Shown here: positions 32,488 through 42,351 of the stretch, in pieces
How the letters are laid out: each line of letters starts with the position of its first letter
Position numbering within the stretch: position 1 is the stretch's first letter
NCBI GenBank assembly: GCA_000291825.1
Contig: ALPF01000004.1
Location: 45,589 to 109,588, forward strand
Direction: 5' to 3'
Length of the DNA stretch: 64,000 nt
Source: Prochlorococcus sp. W8
Lineage (GTDB): Bacteria; Cyanobacteriota; Cyanobacteriia; PCC-6307; Cyanobiaceae
The notes under the pieces: model-generated
Told to the model about the DNA's origin: nothing
Database searches by the model: none
The model's input: the letters and a program-made list of their open reading frames with translations, nothing else
Translations under genes and position numbers: made by a program

Positions 32488-33072
32488 TTATGAGCGTAGT
32501 TCTGTGAATTGATCTGCCATAAGCAAGAATTTTTTTGGAATTGACGTCCCTGTTAGAATGACATCTCCTGAAAGAAATCGGTTATCAAGTGTTGAAATTA
32601 AATCATCTTCAGCAATAATTCCTAACTCAATAGGATGAAAAATTTCATCTAAAATCACTTGATCTTGCTCCCCAGATAATAATTGTTTTTTACAAAATTC
32701 CCACACTTCAATTATGGAATTCTTAATTGACTTTGAAATCGACTCATTATTAATTTTATTTGGATAATTATATTGTTCAATTGCGTTTTCAGGCCTAATC
32801 CACATAAGATTGCCACAAAGTCTTACAGGGTTTGACACTCCTTGTTTTACCCCTCCTTTCATTGGTTGGGCTAATAGTACTTTTCGGCCCAGTGCGGCAT
32901 TTCTTAGTGAATCTCGGATTATGGTCGCATAACTGCCTCTATATGAAGATTGGTAGATCTGGATTTGGCCATTATGTCTTAATCTTTTGATTTTGTTTTC
33001 TGAATCAGAGGTATTAATCTGATTAAATTGTCTTTGATCTTTTGAAATATTTTGTGTTGAACTTATAACCAT
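32488..33072 (-). CDS. Cob(I)alamin adenosyltransferase CobO/BtuR-like protein with degenerate P-loop
   Basis: Q.MKGG, VILDEI, DVILTG, AD..TE motifs. The expected GNGKGKT is replaced by SSYRGSY. Confidence 0.78.
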   Translation of the reverse strand: MVISSTQNISKDQRQFNQINTSDSENKIKRLRHNGQIQIYQSSYRGSYATIIRDSLRNAALGRKVLLAQPMKGGVKQGVSNPVRLCGNLMWIRPENAIEQYNYPNKINNESISKSIKNSIIEVWEFCKKQLLSGEQDQVILDEIFHPIELGIIAEDDLISTLDNRFLSGDVILTGTSIPKKFLLMADQFTELRS

Positions 33073-33092
33073 TATTATTTCTTTGGAAAGAT

Positions 33093-33139
33093 TTACTACA
33101 TCAAGTATAAGTAGGATTCATTAACACTGCATATAGTGT
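33093..33139. promoter_or_regulatory. Tandem NrdR-box-like sites upstream of cobO-like/dcd/thyX
   Basis: TTACTACATCAAGTAT (33093-33108) and ACACTGCATATAGTGT (33124-33139), 31 bp start to start; consensus acaCwAtATaTwGtgt. Confidence 0.7.
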
Positions 33140-33184
33140 AATTTTACTTAAAAAAATATTTTTTAGAAAGAAAAATCAAAAATT

Positions 33185-33226
33185 GTTACTGTTGATACAA
33201 GAAAGATCAGGTTAACTATTTAACTT
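33185..33226 (+). promoter_or_regulatory. NtcA-type promoter of ntcA (autoregulation)
   Basis: GTT-ACTGTTGA-TAC (33185-33198, one mismatch to GTA-N8-TAC) and TAACTT -10 box 22 nt downstream. Confidence 0.8.
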
Positions 33227-33247
33227 TTTTCTATATTCAAATAAATT

Positions 33248-33982
33248 ATGTTTCCCGCTCAAGGTGGTTTTACTCGCCTTACTTCCCCAAAAAGTGGCCA
33301 AAATTCAGTTAATTCTGTTGGAGAGCGTTTCCCTATTAATAGAACCTTAATGGAAGTCATAAAAGGTTTAGATGGGGCAAGTACAGAGATGGTTGAAAGG
33401 TCAAAAACAATTTTTTTTCCAGGAGATCCTGCAGAAAGAGTATATTTGATAAGAAGGGGCGCAGTTAGATTATCAAGAGTTTATGAAACTGGAGATGAAA
33501 TTACAGTTGCTCTTTTAAGAGAAAATAGCTTGTTTGGGGTATTATCACTCCTCACAGGTCATAGGTCAGATCGTTTCTATCACTCAATTGCATTTACCAG
33601 AGTTGAAATGATAACAGCTCCAGCAAATTCTGTTTTGAGGGCGATTGAAGCAGACGCCTCTGTAGGACTACTACTCTTACAAGGCTTATCCAGCAGAATA
33701 TTACAAACAGAAACGATGATAGAGACATTGACACATAGAGATATGTCATCCAGACTTGTAAGTTTTTTAATGGTTTTATGTAGAGATTTTGGTGTTGCAG
33801 GAGAAAAAGGCATTACAATTGACCTTAAACTATCTCATCAAGCAATTGCTGAAGCAATTGGCTCAACAAGAGTTACTATTACAAGGCTATTAGGTGACTT
33901 GAAAGAATCAGGTTTGCTAACAATAGAGAGAAAAAAGATTACAGTTTTTGATCCAATTGCACTAGCTAAGAGATTTAATTGA
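33248..33982 (+). CDS. ntcA: Global nitrogen regulator NtcA
   Basis: [47 protein letters not shown]. Confidence 0.98.
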   Translation: MFPAQGGFTRLTSPKSGQNSVNSVGERFPINRTLMEVIKGLDGASTEMVERSKTIFFPGDPAERVYLIRRGAVRLSRVYETGDEITVALLRENSLFGVLSLLTGHRSDRFYHSIAFTRVEMITAPANSVLRAIEADASVGLLLLQGLSSRILQTETMIETLTHRDMSSRLVSFLMVLCRDFGVAGEKGITIDLKLSHQAIAEAIGSTRVTITRLLGDLKESGLLTIERKKITVFDPIALAKRFN

Positions 33983-34028
33983 TTAATTTTTATTAAATTA
34001 ATTAGTATGTAATAAAGATAAAAAATTT

Positions 34029-35000
34029 GTGTCTGGTTGGCTTTTAATTATTTTCTTACTCTTACTTGGGGGACTAATCTCCACGCTTGGAGATTTAGTA
34101 GGAACTAAAATTGGTAAAGCAAGATTTAGTATTTTAAAATTAAGACCAAAAAAAACTGCTACTCTCATTACAATTATTACTGGTAGTTTAATTAGTGCAT
34201 CTTCTTTATCATTGATGATTCTTGTTAATCGACAATTAAGAGTAGGTCTTTTTAGATTGGGAGACTTGCAGAAAAAATTACAAGAGAGTAGACAATTATT
34301 AATACCTTTAAAAGAAGAAAGAGAAAAACTTGAAAATAAAATTGAAAGCAAAGAAACTGAATTGAAGCAACTTGAGAGAAATATTATTGCTTTAAGAAGT
34401 GGTCAAGTTGTAATAAGTAGTGGACAATCTTTGATAATTTCTGAGATAAGTGCTAACAAAAAGGTTAATATTGATAAACAGTTAGAAAAAATCATACAAA
34501 ATGCAAATAGATTGACTCAAGAAATTGTTATTCCGGAGATAAAAGAACCAAAGAGTATACTACTTCTAAGGAAAAATCATATTGACGAACTAGGTAAAAC
34601 AATTATTAAGGGAGGGGATTGGGTTATTAATATAAAATCTGTTAGAAATGTTCTTAAAGGTGAAAATTATGTTTATGCATTTCCTGAAATAACTGAAAAC
34701 AAAGTAATTGTTCTAAAAGATGAAATAATCTCAAAAATATTATTAACTTCAAAAGAAAAAAATATTAATGAAGTACAAAATAAAATTAATCTTTTGCTCG
34801 CATCCACACTTGCAGAAACTAAAAGAAGAGGATCCCTTGTTAATGAGATAAAGTTAAGAAGCGAATCGGTTGAAAAGTTAAGAGTATTTCTTAATAGATA
34901 TAAGGAAGTTGATCTTGAACTAGAAGCAGTGTCATTAAGAAAAAGTAAGACTGCTCAACCAGTTGTTGTTGAGCTAAGTTTTAATACTATTAAATCTTGA
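34029..35000 (+). CDS. DUF3084 domain protein
   Basis: LGGLISTLGD..GTKIGKAR.S...LRPKKTA followed by a coiled coil. Confidence 0.85.
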   Translation: MSGWLLIIFLLLLGGLISTLGDLVGTKIGKARFSILKLRPKKTATLITIITGSLISASSLSLMILVNRQLRVGLFRLGDLQKKLQESRQLLIPLKEEREKLENKIESKETELKQLERNIIALRSGQVVISSGQSLIISEISANKKVNIDKQLEKIIQNANRLTQEIVIPEIKEPKSILLLRKNHIDELGKTIIKGGDWVINIKSVRNVLKGENYVYAFPEITENKVIVLKDEIISKILLTSKEKNINEVQNKINLLLASTLAETKRRGSLVNEIKLRSESVEKLRVFLNRYKEVDLELEAVSLRKSKTAQPVVVELSFNTIKS

Positions 35001-35001
35001 A

Positions 35002-35439
35002 ATGACAAAATATATTTCCATTGATCCTGGTAAATATAAGTGTGGATTTGTATTAGCTGATTCATATAAAAAAAAAGTTCTACAAGCGAAAGTTATTTTG
35101 AGTAGTGCATTAGTTAAAAACGTAAAAAAATTTCAAAAAAGTGATGAAAATATTAAAGTAATTATTGGAAATGGGACTTCAAGTAGAGAACATATAAAAG
35201 ATTTAAGATTTCTAAAAGATAATTTATTTATTGCTGAAGAGAAAAATACCACATATAGGGCTAAGAACAGATTTTTTAAAATTTTCCCAATAAGTGGAAT
35301 TAAAAGATTTCTGCCTAGAGAAATTTTTATTTATAACTTAAATCTTGATGCTATTTCGGCGATTATCATATTGGAGGATTACTTAAAATTGACATTTGAT
35401 GTTGATTCAAAAGTGAGTCCTAAAACTTGGATAAAATAG
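35002..35439 (+). CDS. YqgF/RuvX-like RNase H-fold nuclease
   Basis: IDPG..KCG, IGNGTSS, E..TT.RA, DAISA.IILE.YL. Confidence 0.82.
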   Translation: MTKYISIDPGKYKCGFVLADSYKKKVLQAKVILSSALVKNVKKFQKSDENIKVIIGNGTSSREHIKDLRFLKDNLFIAEEKNTTYRAKNRFFKIFPISGIKRFLPREIFIYNLNLDAISAIIILEDYLKLTFDVDSKVSPKTWIK

Positions 35440-35677
35440 TGAATCTATAAATATTTCCTGTTTCCAGTTGATAATCTTTTTTAATAAGAAACCTTAATAG
35501 AGAATCTTCTATTAATGCTCTTCCCAACGGAGGATTAACAGATAATCTTCCCTGATTAAATGACCAAATAAAGTTCCATTTGAATTCACTTGCCTCAATT
35601 AACCCCTTTACCTCTTTTGTTTTGAAGTTATATTCTTTAATACTGAGATAAGCGGTTGTTTTAGGTCTAGATTGCAT
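35420..35677 (-). CDS. DUF3146 family protein
   Basis: P.TTAY, W.F.W.F..G.L.V.PPLGRALI. Confidence 0.83.
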   Translation of the reverse strand: MQSRPKTTAYLSIKEYNFKTKEVKGLIEASEFKWNFIWSFNQGRLSVNPPLGRALIEDSLLRFLIKKDYQLETGNIYRFTILSKF

Positions 35678-35681
35678 CGTT

Positions 35682-36281
35682 TCAACTAGTACTAAATGAA
35701 TTTAATTGAGAAATTATAGTTTCATTATTAATTGTGTCCCATTTTTCGAGCGATTCAATGATTTTCTTAAAAATTTGATCAAGATCTAGTTTTTCTTTAT
35801 TAGAAAAATCTCCCAAAACATGAGAAATGGTATTATTTCTTTTTTCCTTTTCTAAATTTGGCGGTGAACCTATACCGATTCTGATTCTTTTGAATTCTTT
35901 TGTTTTTATTTTATCAATTATACTTTTTAAGCCATTATGACCTCCAGAGCCTCCTTGCTTTCTAAATCTAATTTTTCCAAAAGGTAAATCAATATCATCA
36001 ACAATAATAAATAATTTTTCAGGATGAATTTTGTACCAATCAATTATCGCTTTTACACTATCGCCACTATTATTCATGTAAGTATTAGGCATAAATAGTC
36101 TGAAATTAATATCATTTGTGAAATATTCGCAGTACTTACAAAATAATTTATTTTTTTTATTTAATTTTAAGCCGTATTTATGTGCTACTTCTTCTATAAA
36201 TAAAAAACCTATATTGTGCCTATTATTTTTGTAAGTCTTGCCAGGATTACCTAAACCAATAATAAACTTCTCACTTTTCAT
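35682..36281 (-). CDS. pth: Peptidyl-tRNA hydrolase
   Basis: GLGNPG, RHNIGF, TYMN.SG, DDIDLP, GGHNGLKS; ATG at 36281. Confidence 0.96.
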   Translation of the reverse strand: MKSEKFIIGLGNPGKTYKNNRHNIGFLFIEEVAHKYGLKLNKKNKLFCKYCEYFTNDINFRLFMPNTYMNNSGDSVKAIIDWYKIHPEKLFIIVDDIDLPFGKIRFRKQGGSGGHNGLKSIIDKIKTKEFKRIRIGIGSPPNLEKEKRNNTISHVLGDFSNKEKLDLDQIFKKIIESLEKWDTINNETIISQLNSFSTS

Positions 36282-36365
36282 AGTATTTAGCAATAATGTT
36301 AGAAAAGATTGAAAATTATTGTTTGATAATTGTTTTTTAAGAATTAAATATGAAATTAGGTAAAT

Positions 36366-36566
36366 CTAATTTCCATTCCAATCAACTGAGAAACCTTGTA
36401 ATAGTAATGATTGGTTATAAATCTGAAGAAGTATCACGAGAAATAATAAAAGGAATATTCCAATTATTGTCATTACTGGAACAGCACCCCATCCAGGTAC
36501 AACTTTACCTTGGCCAGAATTACCAATCGCTTTTAATAAACTTCCAAGTGCAGTTTTTTGTCCCAT
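36366..36566 (-). CDS. psbH: Photosystem II protein PsbH
   Basis: [24 protein letters not shown]. Confidence 0.96.
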   Translation of the reverse strand: MGQKTALGSLLKAIGNSGQGKVVPGWGAVPVMTIIGIFLLLFLVILLQIYNQSLLLQGFSVDWNGN

Positions 36567-36649
36567 AGTGAAAAATTTCCTAAATTCAATATTATTCCGT
36601 TATTGTATTAGATGTTTAACATATTTTGTTTACAAACTTATCAAAATTG

Positions 36650-36802
36650 ATGCAATCTTTATCATCTACTCCTGATCCGGCTGTTTCAATAGGTATTTCT
36701 ATCCTAATAGTTTTAATTGGTTTAACTGGTTTTGGCTTGTGGAGAGCTTTTGGAGCAAAGTCTGCACAATTAACGGATCCATGGGATGACCATGATGATT
36801 AA
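36650..36802 (+). CDS. psbN: Photosystem II assembly protein PsbN
   Basis: Not in ORF track. MQSLSSTPDPAVSIGISILIVLIGLTGFGLWRAFGAKSAQLTDPWDDHDD, divergent from psbH. Confidence 0.95.
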   Translation: MQSLSSTPDPAVSIGISILIVLIGLTGFGLWRAFGAKSAQLTDPWDDHDD

Positions 36803-36927
36803 TTTTAAAATTTCTGTTTATTAACAAAAAAGTATTTCAAAATCTAGCAAAATTTCACATTTAGGCACTATTTCTCATCAATTAAATATAAATTTAATAA
36901 GATAAATCCTGAAGGTTAGTTAATTTC

Positions 36928-37056
36928 ATGCTCGCACTTAAAATTTCTGTTTACACAATTGTATTCTTTTTTGTAGGAATATTTCTTTTTGGATTTCTTG
37001 CAAGTGATCCAACTAGAACTCCTAACAGAAAAGATTTGGAAAGTCCTCAAGACTAA
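36928..37056 (+). CDS. psbI: Photosystem II protein PsbI
   Basis: Not in ORF track. [42 protein letters not shown]. Confidence 0.97.
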
Positions 37057-37155
37057 TTATTTAAATACTATTTACTTCTGTCATTAGATTGATTTAGTCA
37101 AATTAAGTTCTATTTGAAAAATATTAATTTCATATTTTTTTAAACAATTTTTTGT

Positions 37156-37779
37156 TTATTTAGAAAAATCTTCATTTAATTGTACATAGGGAAGTTTTTT
37201 AATTTTTTCTTCAATTAAATTTGAGTTGTTTAATAAAGTTGAAGTAGCATCCCATTCTCCAGATAAAAACATATTTTTAGATGATGATTTAATTTCAAGC
37301 TTAAATTTACCTTCAGAGGACCTTGCCTCTGCTTTTGAAATATCTATATCAAATATTAATCCCTTCTCTGACTTCTCTTGAATTGTATTAATTGAAATTT
37401 TATCCATCGTAAAACAAGGAATTCCAATTGCCACACAATTACTATAGAAAATCTCTGCAAAACTTTCTCCAATAATTGCTCTAATCCCCCATCTTAATAA
37501 TGCTTGAGGTGCATGTTCTCTACTAGAACCGCATCCAAAGTTACTATTAACAATTAGTATTGATGAGTTTTTATTAATTGTTAAATCAAAGGGATGCTTA
37601 CCTTTTAGATCTTTCCTATCATCTTCAAAAACTGCACTACCTAAAGAATCAAAAGTTACGCATTTCAGAAATCTTGCAGGAATTATCCTATCTGTATCAA
37701 TATCATCTCCAATTAATGAGATACATCTACCCTTAATTAGTTTGATTTTACCTTGAGGGCCAAAAAAGTCACCTGTCAT
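37156..37779 (-). CDS. leuD: 3-isopropylmalate dehydratase small subunit
   Basis: DIDTDRIIPARFL, NFGCGSSREHA. ATG at 37779 overlaps the leuC stop (TAATG). Confidence 0.96.
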   Translation of the reverse strand: MTGDFFGPQGKIKLIKGRCISLIGDDIDTDRIIPARFLKCVTFDSLGSAVFEDDRKDLKGKHPFDLTINKNSSILIVNSNFGCGSSREHAPQALLRWGIRAIIGESFAEIFYSNCVAIGIPCFTMDKISINTIQEKSEKGLIFDIDISKAEARSSEGKFKLEIKSSSKNMFLSGEWDATSTLLNNSNLIEEKIKKLPYVQLNEDFSK

Positions 37780-39185
37780 TATTTTAGGAAATCTCTGACA
37801 TCGCATACTTTTCCAGATATTGCTGCTGCAGCAACCATAGCTGGACTCATCAATAAAGTTCTTCCATTAGGAGAACCTTGTCTTCCTTTGAAATTCCTAT
37901 TACTGGAACTTGCACTAATTTGATTACCTTTAAGCTTATCTGGATTCATGGCTAAGCACATGGAACATCCTGGTTCTCTCCATTGAAATCCTGCTTGTAT
38001 GAAAATCTCATCAAGACCTTCATGTATTGCCTCTTTAGCAACTTTTTCAGATCCTGGTACCACAAATGCTTTTATATGGGGGGCTACTTTATTACCTTTG
38101 ACAATTTTTGAGGCGACACGGAGATCACTAATTCTCCCATTTGTGCAGCTTCCGATAAAACAAACATCAATAGGGGTATTTTTAATTTTTTGCCCTGGAT
38201 TGAAACCCATATATTCATAAGCTTCTCCAGCGATAAATTGGTCATCTTTATTTAAATCATTTAACTCAGGAATTTTTTGATTAATACCTACACTTTGACC
38301 AGGTGTTATTCCCCATGTAACTGTCGGCTCAACTTTTGCTGCATCAATAATAATTTCATCGTCATATATGGCATTTTCTTCGCTAACTAAGGACTTCCAC
38401 CATTTAACAGCTAAATTCCAATTTTGATTTTTTGGAGAACATTTTTTCTCTTTAATATAGTTAAACGTAGTTTCATCTGGATTTATGTATCCGCATCTCG
38501 CTCCTCCTTCAATAGACATATTACAAATTGTCATCCTTTCTTCCATTGATAATTCACTAATTGCTGGACCTGTAAATTCATATGCGAAGCCAACTCCTGC
38601 CTTAACCCCTAATTGATTTATAATATGGAGTACTAAATCCTTAGCATATACACCATCGGTTAATTGATTTTTACAAAATATTTTTCTGACTTTAAGTTTA
38701 TTCATAGCTAGTGTTTGAGAAGCCAAAACATCTCTCACTTGGCTGGTACCTATCCCAAATGCTATTGATCCAAATGCTCCGTGTGTTGATGTATGGGAGT
38801 CTCCGCAGGCAATTGTCATGCCTGGTTGAGTTAATCCAAGTTCAGGGGCTACAACATGAACTATACCTTGACTTCCGCTGCCAATATTAAAAAACCTAAT
38901 TTTATGATCTGCACAGTTCTTTTCTAAGGTGTCAATCATTTGCTCCGCAAGAATATCTTTAAAAGGCCTGCTTTGATTATCGGTAGGTACTATATGATCA
39001 ACAGTAGCAACGGTTCTTGATGGGAATTTAACATTTAAATTCTTATCTTTTAAAGCTCCAAATGCTTGGGGACTAGTAACCTCATGAATAAGGTGCAAGC
39101 CAATAAAAATCTGAGAAGATCCTCCAGGAAGATCTGCAACTTTATGCAAATCCCAAACTTTATCAAATAATGTGTATTGACTCAA
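37779..39185 (-). CDS. leuC: 3-isopropylmalate dehydratase large subunit
   Basis: [36 protein letters not shown]. Confidence 0.98.
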   Translation of the reverse strand: MSQYTLFDKVWDLHKVADLPGGSSQIFIGLHLIHEVTSPQAFGALKDKNLNVKFPSRTVATVDHIVPTDNQSRPFKDILAEQMIDTLEKNCADHKIRFFNIGSGSQGIVHVVAPELGLTQPGMTIACGDSHTSTHGAFGSIAFGIGTSQVRDVLASQTLAMNKLKVRKIFCKNQLTDGVYAKDLVLHIINQLGVKAGVGFAYEFTGPAISELSMEERMTICNMSIEGGARCGYINPDETTFNYIKEKKCSPKNQNWNLAVKWWKSLVSEENAIYDDEIIIDAAKVEPTVTWGITPGQSVGINQKIPELNDLNKDDQFIAGEAYEYMGFNPGQKIKNTPIDVCFIGSCTNGRISDLRVASKIVKGNKVAPHIKAFVVPGSEKVAKEAIHEGLDEIFIQAGFQWREPGCSMCLAMNPDKLKGNQISASSSNRNFKGRQGSPNGRTLLMSPAMVAAAAISGKVCDVRDFLK

Positions 39186-39196
39186 TTTGAAAAAAG

Positions 39197-40498
39197 TTAA
39201 CCCTTCTTAGATAATAAGATCAATCGTAGACTGTTTAAACACTCATTTACACTTAGTTTCTGAATTTCACATCTATTTCTTCTTGAATTATATAATTTTT
39301 TAATATTTGTATGTTTATTATTTGGATTAATTATAGAAATATAGACTAATCCTACAGGCTTCATTTTAGTCCCCCCCTGTGGACCTGCAATGCCGCTAAT
39401 AGCAATTGCCCAATCAGCATTTAATTTATTTTTAACACCTATTGCCATCTTTTCTGCAACTTCTTCAGAAACAGCACCATGAGTATCTAAAAAACTTTTT
39501 GGAACACCTAATAAATCTTGCTTAATTTCGTTGCTATAGGCAACAATACCTCCTTTAAATATTTCAGAAGCGCCAGGTTCAGATGTGATTGATGAGGAGA
39601 GTAAGCCTCCTGTGCAAGATTCAGCAAAGACTATTGATTCATTTCTTTCCTTCAATAAATTAATAATTACTGAAGATAAAGTATCATTATCTTCTCCAAA
39701 AATATATCTGGTGAATTTTCTTTCTAACTCTTCCTTAATGGGTTTAATTTGATTAATCGCATCATCTTTGCTTGTTGATTTGGCAGTAATCCTTAACTTA
39801 ACCTCTCCTAAATTTGCATAAGGAGCTACTGTTGGGTTTTTTAAATTAAGTAGATCTTCAATCTCTTCTGCAATGGAAGACTCTCCAATACCTGAAAATT
39901 TTAAAGTTTTGGAAAAGAATATAGATCCATCAGAAAATTTAGTTTTTATGAATTCGTAAATACTATCTTTCCACATTTCTTTTAATTCGCTTGGCACTCC
40001 CGGAAAAGTTATAATCGTGAATTCTTTAGTTGGGTTCCAAATCATTCCTGGTGCAATACCTCTTGGATTATTGACTATTTGTGCATTTTCTGGAAACAGA
40101 CATTGCTTTCTTAAACTTGAATTTTCATTATTTATACAGCGTTTTGAAAGTTTATTTTGAATCTCAACCCAAAGATATTCTCTCTCAAATAAAGTGGTAT
40201 TAAAAGCATTAGCGATAGCTTCAGTAGTTAAATCATCTGGGGTAGGTCCAAGACCTCCTGTCGTAATTAGTAGACTACTTCGTAATGAGATTTCTTGTAT
40301 GACTTTTGTTAATCTTTCAAGGTTATCTCCAATTGTGGTTTGTCTATAGTGGTTAACACCAATTAAAGATAACTGCTCAGATATCCATTTTGAGTTGGTA
40401 TTTAAGATATTTCCTAGGAGTAATTCTGTGCCTATAGAAAGAATTTCAACCCCTTTAATGGAATTTTTATTGGATTGATGGTTCAAGTTTCCCTTCAT
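39197..40498 (-). CDS. cinA: Competence/damage-inducible protein CinA (molybdopterin-binding-like plus PncC domains)
   Basis: [39 protein letters not shown]. Confidence 0.93.
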   Translation of the reverse strand: MKGNLNHQSNKNSIKGVEILSIGTELLLGNILNTNSKWISEQLSLIGVNHYRQTTIGDNLERLTKVIQEISLRSSLLITTGGLGPTPDDLTTEAIANAFNTTLFEREYLWVEIQNKLSKRCINNENSSLRKQCLFPENAQIVNNPRGIAPGMIWNPTKEFTIITFPGVPSELKEMWKDSIYEFIKTKFSDGSIFFSKTLKFSGIGESSIAEEIEDLLNLKNPTVAPYANLGEVKLRITAKSTSKDDAINQIKPIKEELERKFTRYIFGEDNDTLSSVIINLLKERNESIVFAESCTGGLLSSSITSEPGASEIFKGGIVAYSNEIKQDLLGVPKSFLDTHGAVSEEVAEKMAIGVKNKLNADWAIAISGIAGPQGGTKMKPVGLVYISIINPNNKHTNIKKLYNSRRNRCEIQKLSVNECLNSLRLILLSKKG

Positions 40499-41738
40499 AT
40501 AGAGGAAAGCAATTACATAAATCTAGCACTTTTTGTTTACAGGATTTTTCAATCGATAAATCATTAGGATTTAATAACCTTTCAGCTATGATTTCTCCTA
40601 CTTTTATAAATGCTTCCTCGTTAAATCCTCGTGTTGTGAGAGCAGCAGTTCCCAATCTTAAACCACTTGTCACAAATGGTGATTCAGGATCAAACGGGAC
40701 AGTATTTTTGTTGGCTGTTATATTCACTTCGCTTACTAATAAGTCTGCAACTTTTCCAGTCATATTTATCCCTCTTAAATCTAATAAAACAATGTGATTA
40801 TCAGTCCCGCCACTTACAATATCAATTCCCTTTTCAATAAGAGTTTTTGCGAGGATTTTTGCATTATTAATTACTTTTTGTGAGTACTCTGCAAAATCAG
40901 GTTTTAGCGCTTCTCCAAAAGCAACTGCTTTAGCAGCAATGATATGTTCCAATGGACCGCCCTGAGTACCAGGAAAAACTGATTTATCGAATTTCTTGCC
41001 AAATTCTTTATCTCTGCATAAAATAAGTCCTCCTCTGGGACCTCTTAAAGTTTTATGAGTTGTAGTTGTAACAACATCACAATAACTAATTGGATTAGGA
41101 TGAAGTTTGCTTGCTACTAAACCTGCTATGTGAGCAATGTCAGCCATTAAGTAAGCCCCTGTTTCATCGGCAATTTTTCTGAACTCCTTAAAATCGATTA
41201 GCCTTGGATACGCTGAATAACCACAAATAATAAGTTTAGGTTTTGTACGAAGTGCAATTTCTCTTATTGAATTAAAATCTAAAAGATTTGTTTCTTTATC
41301 TACACCATAATGATGTGCTTTAAACCATTTTCCACTCATATTTACTGGTGAACCATGTGTTAGATGTCCACCATGAGATAAGTCCATACCTAATATAGAA
41401 TCACCAGGTTCTAGTAAACTTAAGAATACTGCCGCATTTGCTTGAGCTCCACTATGAGGTTGAACATTTGCCCAATCTGCCTCAAAAAGGGATTTAGCTC
41501 TTTCTATAGCTAATTCTTCTATTTGATCTACGAATTCACAGCCGCCATAATATCTTTTTTGAGGAAGACCTTCCGCATATTTATTCGTTAAAACAGATCC
41601 TTGAGCTTCCATAACAGCTAACGATGTAAAATTTTCGCTTGCGATTAATTCAAGGTGATTTTCTTGACGGTTTTTTTCTTGTTCAATCAGATTAGAAATT
41701 ATTGGATCACTAAACTCGAGTTTGCTTAAAATACCCAT
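40467..41738 (-). CDS. glyA: Serine hydroxymethyltransferase
   Basis: [32 protein letters not shown]. Confidence 0.99.
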   Translation of the reverse strand: MGILSKLEFSDPIISNLIEQEKNRQENHLELIASENFTSLAVMEAQGSVLTNKYAEGLPQKRYYGGCEFVDQIEELAIERAKSLFEADWANVQPHSGAQANAAVFLSLLEPGDSILGMDLSHGGHLTHGSPVNMSGKWFKAHHYGVDKETNLLDFNSIREIALRTKPKLIICGYSAYPRLIDFKEFRKIADETGAYLMADIAHIAGLVASKLHPNPISYCDVVTTTTHKTLRGPRGGLILCRDKEFGKKFDKSVFPGTQGGPLEHIIAAKAVAFGEALKPDFAEYSQKVINNAKILAKTLIEKGIDIVSGGTDNHIVLLDLRGINMTGKVADLLVSEVNITANKNTVPFDPESPFVTSGLRLGTAALTTRGFNEEAFIKVGEIIAERLLNPNDLSIEKSCKQKVLDLCNCFPLYEGKLEPSIQ

Positions 41739-41818
41739 TACAAATAATGTCTAATATTTATTAAATATAATAGAAAATTTTCTTAAAAATATAAAAAAAT
41801 TATTTTATAGTTGATTTA

Positions 41819-41892
41819 CGCGCCTGGAGAGATTCGAACTCCCGACACTCTGATCCGTAGTCAGATGCTCTAATCCACTGAGCTACAGGCGC
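41819..41892 (-). tRNA. trnR: tRNA-Arg (anticodon ACG)
   Basis: GCGCCTGTAGCTCAGTGGATTAGAGCATCTGACTACGGATCAGAGTGTCGGGAGTTCGAATCTCTCCAGGCGCG cloverleaf. Confidence 0.97.
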
Positions 41893-42063
41893 ACACTTAT
41901 GTAATATCTCTGTTCTTGGGTCTCTTAGTCAACCATCTGGTTCTTTAAAATATTGATTATTAACATTCTTTGAGAAATTTGGGATATTCTAAAATAAATG
42001 ACTTTAACTCTTCGAAGAATTAAAGACTTACTATATTTAATTTAATAATATTGGTAATTAATT

Positions 42064-42351
42064 ATGAATGAAAATGCTTCAACAATTAGTGACTTAGAAA
42101 ATTTGATTTCTGAAAGAATTTGTATAAAGATTGAAAAATGGAATCTTTATCTTGGTGATGCAGGACTTTCAAGAAGATTAGCATTGGGGTGTATGAGTAA
42201 TTTGCAAATGGGTATTCAAGCTGCTGCAGAAACTAGTTTGAAATCTATCAATGTAAGTATTGGTGGCGGAAATGAAAATATTTCTCTATTCAAGTTCATT
42301 GCAAAATCTCAAGTTAAAGAACTAGAAGATATTCTTGATAAATTTATTTAA
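42064..42351 (+). CDS. DUF3181 family protein
   Basis: W.LYLGDAGL and V.IGGG motifs. Confidence 0.8.
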   Translation: MNENASTISDLENLISERICIKIEKWNLYLGDAGLSRRLALGCMSNLQMGIQAAAETSLKSINVSIGGGNENISLFKFIAKSQVKELEDILDKFI

